Below the pieces are notes generated by a model, which was not told where the DNA came from, ran no database searches, and was given only the letters and a program-made list of their open reading frames with translations. A program made the translations under genes and the position numbers. From NCBI GenBank assembly GCA_905236665.1, contig CAJONF010000263.1, positions 1 to 31,958 on the forward strand: a stretch of 31,958 bases of DNA, written 5' to 3'. Positions 25,653 through 31,958 of this stretch are shown here, piece after piece. Source of the DNA: an uncultured Selenomonadaceae bacterium. GTDB taxonomy: Bacteria > Bacillota > Negativicutes > Selenomonadales > Selenomonadaceae. Position 1 is the first letter of the stretch. Every line of letters begins with the position of its first letter.

Positions 25653-25687
25653 GTGGCTAGCGACTAAAATTTCTAATCACTAACCAC
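25653..25687 (-). repeat. Heptamer-built hairpin overlapping the dnaB stop
   Basis: GTGGTTAGTGATTAG pairs with TTAGTCGCTAGCCAC on the minus strand, using three G.U wobbles. Confidence 0.55.
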
Positions 25688-27019
25688 AAATTCTTCTTTA
25701 AGTAAATCGCCAAAACGCATAATTTCTTTTTTAAACTGTAAACGTATTGATGTCGTCGGACCGTTGCGATTCTTCGCAATGATTAGTTCGGCGATATTTT
25801 GATTTTCAGTGTCGTCGCGATTATAATATTCGTCTCGATAAAGAAACATGACAATATCCGCATCCTGTTCCAAACTGCCAGATTCGCGCAGGTCGCTGAG
25901 CTGAGGTTTTTTTTCAGCTCGCAATTCCACGCTTCGACTTAATTGGCTTAACGCGAGAACCGGTACATTCAATTCCCGCGCCAATGCCTTAAGTGAACGC
26001 GATATTTCCGAAATTTCCTGCTGACGATTCATTTCACTATTACGCGTGCGCTGTCCCTGCATAAGCTGTAAATAATCTATGACGATTAAATCTAAACCGT
26101 GCTCGTGCTTTATTCGCCGCGCCTTTGACCGCAATTCTAAAAGAGAACTGCCCGCCGTGTCGTCTATGAACATTTTCAACTTTGATAATTCTTCCAGCGC
26201 GTTAATTAATTGGTTCATGTCGTCATCAGAAAGATTGCCCGTGTTCAAATGCAGAGAATTCACACCACTACGCGTGCTTAATAATCTGTTGCCTAATTGT
26301 ATCTTGCTCATCTCCAAGGAAAAAATCGCTACGGTTTTATTTTTTTCAGCGGCGTTCACTGCAATATTCAATGCCAGTGCAGTTTTTCCCATAGACGGAC
26401 GGGCGGCTAGCAAAATTAAATCCGACTTTTGCAAGCCGTTTAAAATTCTGTCCAAATCAATTAAGCCGGTCGGCACGCCTTCCATTTCACTGGGGTTGTT
26501 GTGAATGTGTTGTATCCGCTCAAAAGAACTCTGCAGAATTGTAAACAGTCGCTCAAAGCCGGTTTGATGATTTTCGGAAGTCACAGATAAAATTTTTTGC
26601 TCCGCGCCCTCCAAAATACTTTCAACGGTTTTTTTTTCTTCGTAAGCTTCGTCGGCAATCGTGCGCCCAGCGACAATCAGCCGCCGCAATATCGCCTTTT
26701 GCCTGATAATTTTAGCATAGGAGCTAGCGCGAGCTGTGGAATATTCCAATTCAAGCAACGAATATAAATAGGCTCTGTCTACGCGTGCAAGTTCGTCACT
26801 TCCCTGCAATTCTTGTTCCGTCAACAGAATATCTACCGGTGTCCCGCGATTGTACAGCCTAACCATCGCTTGGAAAATTATCCGGTGTTCTTCGCGATAA
26901 AAATCATCTGCACTTAAAATGTTGGCGACCGTCGGGATAACTTCTCCTTCTTTTAACATCATTGCGCTAAGAAGTTTTTTTTCCATTTCAATCGCGGTTG
27001 GCATTTCCCTTCCGGTCAA
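25673..27019 (-). CDS. dnaB: Replicative DNA helicase
   Basis: AARPSMGKT, FSLEMS, IDYLQLM, LSQLSR, DLRESGSLEQDAD and KNRNGPT motifs. No intein. Confidence 0.96.
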   Translation of the reverse strand: MTGREMPTAIEMEKKLLSAMMLKEGEVIPTVANILSADDFYREEHRIIFQAMVRLYNRGTPVDILLTEQELQGSDELARVDRAYLYSLLELEYSTARASSYAKIIRQKAILRRLIVAGRTIADEAYEEKKTVESILEGAEQKILSVTSENHQTGFERLFTILQSSFERIQHIHNNPSEMEGVPTGLIDLDRILNGLQKSDLILLAARPSMGKTALALNIAVNAAEKNKTVAIFSLEMSKIQLGNRLLSTRSGVNSLHLNTGNLSDDDMNQLINALEELSKLKMFIDDTAGSSLLELRSKARRIKHEHGLDLIVIDYLQLMQGQRTRNSEMNRQQEISEISRSLKALARELNVPVLALSQLSRSVELRAEKKPQLSDLRESGSLEQDADIVMFLYRDEYYNRDDTENQNIAELIIAKNRNGPTTSIRLQFKKEIMRFGDLLKEEFVVSD

Positions 27020-27035
27020 AATTTAAACCTCCACT

Positions 27036-27851
27036 TCATTCGATTATCTGAGCAAGGACGCGGCGAACCTCTTCCATATCCACGCGGGTATTGTAGCAAG
27101 GTCCATTCGGGCGAATGTTCAGCACACCGACCGCCGGCAACGGATAAACGTCTTGAATACCGCTCATCAAATCACGTTCGCAGGCAATCGCCAATACAGC
27201 TTGCGGGCGATTTTTTTTGACAACTTGCCGCGCCAATGTTCCACCTGTCGCCACAAAAAACGTAAAGCCCAATTCATCAGAAAGTTTCATAAGGTCTCCA
27301 ACATTACAGCCGCCACAACGTTTGCAGTTATTCGGATCACGTGTGATTTTATGCGGACAACTCGACAGCTGCAGACAATGCGGACTTAATACCAGTAATC
27401 TTTTAGCCGGAACTTTTATGCCGCTCTTCATGAAAATTAAATTGCTCACCGCCACGAACGAGCCTTCAATTTGCCGCCGCTTAATGCCAAAAATTTTTCC
27501 AATACGCACAGCTACGGGAAACAAAAATTTTATAAGTGCAAAGCTGTAGCGGTGAAACAATTTCAGCGTCGGCAAGCCTTTAATCGCCAAAACCATGTTG
27601 CAGACCGTACCAAATGAAAACGTCGAAATAAAAATCAGGAATGCGCCGAAAACCGCCGGTAAGTATTCAAAAATATTCGCTAGACCAGGGCAACAGATAA
27701 TCCACAAGCCATAAAGTGCTAGTGCAACAAAAAATTCTGCCGCCAGCAACAAGCCTAGGAATAATCTTTTTTTCGGGCGCACCGCCGCCAATGTCCTTAA
27801 CAAAATTATCACCACCTGCAAAAAATTTTCAGCAGTTGCCCGCGTAAACAA
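27036..27851 (-). CDS. DUF116-family membrane protein
   Basis: N-terminal TM segments, PHCLQ..C, CKRCGGC, ATGGTLAR, ACERDL and GPCYNT motifs. Confidence 0.8.
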   Translation of the reverse strand: MFTRATAENFLQVVIILLRTLAAVRPKKRLFLGLLLAAEFFVALALYGLWIICCPGLANIFEYLPAVFGAFLIFISTFSFGTVCNMVLAIKGLPTLKLFHRYSFALIKFLFPVAVRIGKIFGIKRRQIEGSFVAVSNLIFMKSGIKVPAKRLLVLSPHCLQLSSCPHKITRDPNNCKRCGGCNVGDLMKLSDELGFTFFVATGGTLARQVVKKNRPQAVLAIACERDLMSGIQDVYPLPAVGVLNIRPNGPCYNTRVDMEEVRRVLAQIIE

Positions 27852-28659
27852 AGTTCAGATGACGCTTGGCAACCTCAACAAGTTCATAAATTTTTTTAAC
27901 GGGCGTCGGCGGGAGATTCGTAACTTTATAGCGCGGAAAAAATCTGCTGATGTGCAACGGGATATTTTTAGAAATTTTCGCAAGCCACGCCGCCTCTTTA
28001 TCCATATCTTCAAGCGAATCATTTAGCGTCGGCACAATTAGAGTTGTAACTTCGACGTGGCAACTTTTCGCGGTAAGTTCAATCGTTCGGCGCACAGTTT
28101 CAAAATCGCCACCCAACCACGAATAAATTTCTTGACTAAAACCTTTTAAATCAATGTTCAGCGCGTCAATCAATGGCAAAATTTTTTTCAGCGCGGCGGG
28201 CGAAACCGTTCCATTTGTCACCAAAACGCTTTTCAAGCCCGCGGCTTTTAAAAGTTCGGACGTATCGCGGACAAATTCATAACTGATGAATGGCTCGTTG
28301 TAGGTGAACGCGACGCCGATATTTTTTTGCGGCAAAAGTTCTTGAGCAAGGTTTGCAAGTCGTTCAGGAGAAATTTTGCGCGTCGGGAAAGTTGAATCAG
28401 CCATAGAAATTTCAAAGTTCTGGCAAAATGGGCAGTTCAAATTGCAACCGTAGCTACCGACTGACAAAATCCTACTACCGGGAAAAAATTTATACAATGG
28501 TTTTTTTTCAATTGGGTCAAGCGCAATGGAAGTTATCTCACCGTAATTGAGCGCGGTAATTTTTTTGCCGTCATTAAATCTTGCGCGGCACCTGCCAACC
28601 TCGCCTGCTGACAATCGGCAATGATGCGGACATATTTCACAGACAAGTTTATCATTCAT
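27829..28659 (-). CDS. amrS: AmmeMemoRadiSam system radical SAM enzyme
   Basis: CEICPHHC, DPIEKKPLYKFFPG, GCNLNCPFCQNFEIS, FTYNEP and LHISRFFP motifs. Confidence 0.85.
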   Translation of the reverse strand: MNDKLVCEICPHHCRLSAGEVGRCRARFNDGKKITALNYGEITSIALDPIEKKPLYKFFPGSRILSVGSYGCNLNCPFCQNFEISMADSTFPTRKISPERLANLAQELLPQKNIGVAFTYNEPFISYEFVRDTSELLKAAGLKSVLVTNGTVSPAALKKILPLIDALNIDLKGFSQEIYSWLGGDFETVRRTIELTAKSCHVEVTTLIVPTLNDSLEDMDKEAAWLAKISKNIPLHISRFFPRYKVTNLPPTPVKKIYELVEVAKRHLNFVYAGNC

Positions 28660-28682
28660 GACGTTACCTCAAAAAATTTTCT

Positions 28683-30281
28683 TTAGTTCAGCAAATTATT
28701 TTCGTAGACTTGTCGCAGAGCGGCTAAATTTTCAGTGTTCCAATCTTTTCTGCAAATCCATGCCACATCATTTATAACCATAGTCTCTCGATCTTCTGCC
28801 GAATAATTTTTCCACAGCGGCGTTACATAACTTTTCGGCTTACCGGTCGTGGCAAATGATACCCACGCCGCCTGAACTTGTCTAATTAATTTTGCGGAAG
28901 GATTCGGCTCAATTTCGGGGCTGGGATTTCCAAAGACAAACGGCAAATCTAGGGCGTGGCATGAACCTAAATTTTCGACGGGCGATTTCTGATTGAACAG
29001 ATAAAAATAAACGTCGTCGAACGCGGATTGATACTCGGCAACCAATTCATGACCAATGCGCCAATCCAACTGATTTGCAAATTCAAAATAACGTTTAACC
29101 TCGTCAAGCTCCGTGTGATTTTTTTGCCAAGTATTGTAAAGTTCTTCTCGGTAAAAAAATTCGCCTTCATACATAACCGGAGTGAACCGCGCATGGATTT
29201 CCGGCATATTCCTAACAAATGTTTCATCGTAATACAAAGTCCAGTAACGATATTCTTCTTGCATGGTGCCCGTTAAAAGTTTAATGCCGCGAGCCGCACC
29301 GTCCTTTAAAGCTCGGAGCGGGTGCATAGGTAAAAATTTTCCGTCGCAAGTCGGCATATAATCAAGATCCATTGAAAAATCGCGCTGGTCAGAAAATTTT
29401 TCATAGGTGGCGATAAGTTCTCTGGCGGATTTTTTCATCATATCGGACATATTTTTATAGCCGCCAAAATTCATGAAGTCCTCGGCAAATTTAGCCGAGT
29501 AGTTCGGATCTTGATAAAAAGATAAATGCCCCGACTGCGCGATAACTTTGTTGAAAAGATTTTTCGCGGCGGGCGTAACCATTAAAAGCATTGCGGATAT
29601 AGATCCGGCACTCTCACCAAAAATCGTCACGTTGTCAGGGTCGCCACCAAAATTTTCAATGTTCTCTTTAATCCACGTCAACGCCGCGATTTGATCTTGA
29701 AGTCCAAGATAGCCCGTGCCCTCAAAATCAGAATCAATACCTGCGAAATTCATAAAGCCGAAAATATTCAGGCGATAATTTATCGTGACGATAACCACGT
29801 CGCCACTTGCCGCCAAATTCGCGCCATTATAGAGCGGGTCGCCACTGCCGCCATTTATAAAAGCTCCGCCGTGAATAAACACCATAACCGGTAAATTTTT
29901 TTTATCACTGTTCGTCCAGATATTGAGCGTCAAACAATCTTCACTTTGCTTGAGTAGGGAAGCTGGCTCGACGGAGTCGCGGTCTTGCATAGGCGAATTA
30001 CCGAATTTTTTTGCGCTGAACTCTTTGTCGCTCGGATTCAACTTTTCGGGCGTGTGCCAGCGTAAATTTTTTATAGGTGGTTTAGCATAAGGGATACCCA
30101 GCCAAGTTTTAACGCCGCGTTTATCGATAAAGCCGTTAAAAATTCCGTAGCGGGTCTTGATTCTGCAATTTTTATTTGCGGCTTGAACGGTACTAGAGAA
30201 AAAATCCGGCGTAGCAAATGCCAAGGCAGTTAAGGCTGTCATCTTTACAAAATCTCTGCGCGAAAAAATTTTATCGGACAA
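28683..30281 (-). CDS. Tat-exported type-B carboxylesterase/lipase
   Basis: SRRDFVK twin-arginine signal, SEDCLTLNIW, HGGAF, GESAG nucleophile and CHALDLPFVF His. Confidence 0.88.
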   Translation of the reverse strand: MSDKIFSRRDFVKMTALTALAFATPDFFSSTVQAANKNCRIKTRYGIFNGFIDKRGVKTWLGIPYAKPPIKNLRWHTPEKLNPSDKEFSAKKFGNSPMQDRDSVEPASLLKQSEDCLTLNIWTNSDKKNLPVMVFIHGGAFINGGSGDPLYNGANLAASGDVVIVTINYRLNIFGFMNFAGIDSDFEGTGYLGLQDQIAALTWIKENIENFGGDPDNVTIFGESAGSISAMLLMVTPAAKNLFNKVIAQSGHLSFYQDPNYSAKFAEDFMNFGGYKNMSDMMKKSARELIATYEKFSDQRDFSMDLDYMPTCDGKFLPMHPLRALKDGAARGIKLLTGTMQEEYRYWTLYYDETFVRNMPEIHARFTPVMYEGEFFYREELYNTWQKNHTELDEVKRYFEFANQLDWRIGHELVAEYQSAFDDVYFYLFNQKSPVENLGSCHALDLPFVFGNPSPEIEPNPSAKLIRQVQAAWVSFATTGKPKSYVTPLWKNYSAEDRETMVINDVAWICRKDWNTENLAALRQVYENNLLN

Positions 30282-30401
30282 AGCTCATCTTCCTTTCAAA
30301 ATATCTTGTCAAAGTTTAAATCAAAATACTTCAAAAGTTTATAAAAAAAAATCAGCAGTAAGATTTTTTCCTAAATGCTAACAATTAAAGTTGCTAAAAA
30401 T

Positions 30402-30998
30402 TTATATGAAACGATTTAATTCTTTAAGCGCGAATTTTATCAACTGTTCAGTCGTAGAATTTTTCGGAGCTTTGTTAAATGCTGAAGAAATTTCTGCCGA
30501 AGTGTAGCCCAATGCGGACAATGCCTCTTCAGCCTCGTCAAAGGGTGTAGATTGAATCGGTGCGGGCTGAAATTTTTCTGCTGAAAAATTTTCGGCGAGT
30601 GGTTGAACTTTTTCTTTTAACTCTAACAAAATCCTTTCTGCAGATTTTTTTCCGACGCTTGGCAATCGCATTAAAGTTTTTAAATCTTGAAGAGCTACAG
30701 CTCGTGCAAAGTCCGCCGCAGAAATTTTTGACACGATAGCCAGAGCACTTTTTGCGCCGATGCCCGAAACCGTCAACAGCAATTCAAACATCTCGAATGC
30801 CGCTTGATTGTTCATGCCGAAAAGTGTTATTGAATCTTCGCGAACTGCTGTATGAATAAAAAATTCTGCCGCCATTCCGGCTGATAAATTTTGCCGCGTC
30901 TGTGCATCCACGAAAACTTTATAACCGACACCGTTTACATCTAAAATGCAGGCGTCGTCGAAAAGGAATTTAACTTTGCCGCTCAAATAACCAATCAT
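30402..30998 (-). CDS. ruvA: Holliday junction branch migration protein RuvA
   Basis: DVNGVGY, VREDSITLFG, VSGIGAK, GKKSAERI and ALSALGY motifs. Confidence 0.96.
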   Translation of the reverse strand: MIGYLSGKVKFLFDDACILDVNGVGYKVFVDAQTRQNLSAGMAAEFFIHTAVREDSITLFGMNNQAAFEMFELLLTVSGIGAKSALAIVSKISAADFARAVALQDLKTLMRLPSVGKKSAERILLELKEKVQPLAENFSAEKFQPAPIQSTPFDEAEEALSALGYTSAEISSAFNKAPKNSTTEQLIKFALKELNRFI

Positions 30999-31501
30999 AA
31001 ATTTGCCTCTAAAAAATTTCTACGTGCTAAGCTGTTCGCCTCGTGACCTGCCGCGATTGCTATTGCTAAAGCGTCCGCGGCGTCATCAGGTTTAGGTGGC
31101 TCATCTAGGTTTAAAATTTTCGTCACCATGTAGATAACTTGTTCCTTTGTTGCGCCGCCATAACCCGTGATTGACAGCTTAACTTCGTTTGGCGATATTT
31201 CCACAATATCAAGATTATTTTGCGCCGCACTCAGAAGAACTACTCCTCGCGCTTGTCCAACGGGAATTGCGGTCGTTGCGTTTTTGCCGAAAAAAAGTTT
31301 TTCAATTCCCATAACTTGTGGCTGAAAATTTTTTATCAGCGCGTCCAATTCCGTATGAATTTTTAAAAGTCTGTCCTGCATACGGGCTTTAGGGCTGGTA
31401 GTTATCACGCCGAATTTTTTTGCGATTAATTTCCCGTCGACTTGTTCAACAAAACCATAACCGCAAATCGCCGTTCCAGGGTCAATCCCCAATGCCAACA
31501 T
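30995..31501 (-). CDS. ruvC: Crossover junction endodeoxyribonuclease RuvC
   Basis: LGIDPG, EKLFF, GQARGV and DDAADALAIA motifs. Confidence 0.96.
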   Translation of the reverse strand: MLALGIDPGTAICGYGFVEQVDGKLIAKKFGVITTSPKARMQDRLLKIHTELDALIKNFQPQVMGIEKLFFGKNATTAIPVGQARGVVLLSAAQNNLDIVEISPNEVKLSITGYGGATKEQVIYMVTKILNLDEPPKPDDAADALAIAIAAGHEANSLARRNFLEANL

Positions 31502-31514
31502 CTCATCACCAATT

Positions 31515-31958
31515 CTAAAGATATTTTGGATAGCTGAACCGCCCCGCCTTTTTATCGCTAATTAACTGATCGATAGTGTTAATGACTTGCCGCGCAGAAA
31601 TTTTCTTTTGACATTCATAAGCGCGGTCAGTTCCTGCGTAATTTGGACAATATTCCCATGTTCCCCAAGTGATATTGGTGTTACAGTGACAGCCAAAACA
31701 AACAAGCCGATTGACAACGCGATAGGGCGTGGAAAATTCGTACCAAGGCGGTGTTATTCCGCTGATTAAAATAGCAGGACAGTTTGCCGCCCAAGCTAGC
31801 CACGACAAGCCGCTTGATCCTCCGATAAAAAAATCTGCATAAGCAAGGAGATTTATTCGCTCGCTCAAGGGTATGTTGCCTGTAAAATCTTCTGCACCTT
31901 CGGGCATTTTTACTGTTAAGCCGTGGTTAGTTTGTTCAGCGTCTTTATCAATACACAG
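31515..31958 (-). CDS. C-terminal part of an Aah/TibC-type (BAHT) protein O-heptosyltransferase (5' end outside the window)
   Basis: Open frame to the window edge. LCID..GAEDFTG..PLSERINLL..FFIG..SGLSWLAWA..PYRV..CFGC..YCP..YEC matches the TibC/Aah C-terminus, including the four Fe-ligand Cys. Confidence 0.82.
   Translation of the reverse strand: MCIDKDAEQTNHGLTVKMPEGAEDFTGNIPLSERINLLAYADFFIGGSSGLSWLAWAANCPAILISGITPPWYEFSTPYRVVNRLVCFGCHCNTNITWGTWEYCPNYAGTDRAYECQKKISARQVINTIDQLISDKKAGRFSYPKYL

Noticed and set aside
25673-27019. Intein in DnaB
   Set aside because: The length (448 aa) is normal, the helicase motifs are contiguous, and there are no splice-junction motifs.
31915-31935. GTGGTTAG as another heptamer repeat
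   Set aside because: Single occurrence inside the heptosyltransferase coding frame.

Overview
A 32-kb chromosomal window, mostly housekeeping genes. Gene content and protein style suggest a Negativicutes bacterium, probably Selenomonadaceae (inference). Recognisable genes include fabK (partial), plsX, rpmF, yceD, tsaD, an Agp-like acid phosphatase, queF, pdxK, a radical-SAM fusion, rodA, tyrS, an NlpC/P60 hydrolase, map, queC, ftsY, two glycosyltransferases, a PAS-GGDEF-EAL protein, pyrK, nirJ2/ahbD, dnaB, amrS, a Tat-exported esterase, ruvA, ruvC and a partial TibC/Aah-type heptosyltransferase. The most unusual signals are non-coding or very small. (1) A 236-bp gene-less IS200/IS605-family mini-element splits the rpmF terminator; it keeps a promoter, a TnpB-type omegaRNA scaffold and two right ends in tandem, so its putative guide is the right end of another IS. 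(2) A self-contained promoter-to-terminator transcript of about 260 nt after queC has pseudoknot potential. (3) A partly duplicated multi-hairpin element follows the NlpC/P60 gene. (4) An unannotated 32-aa membrane peptide heads a cluster of two secreted proline-rich proteins. (5) Degenerate heptamer repeats occur at three sites, one inside a gene-fusion linker. (6) AAAATTTT is strongly iterated. No CRISPR array, tRNA or rRNA gene was seen. All calls were made by eye, with no database searches.
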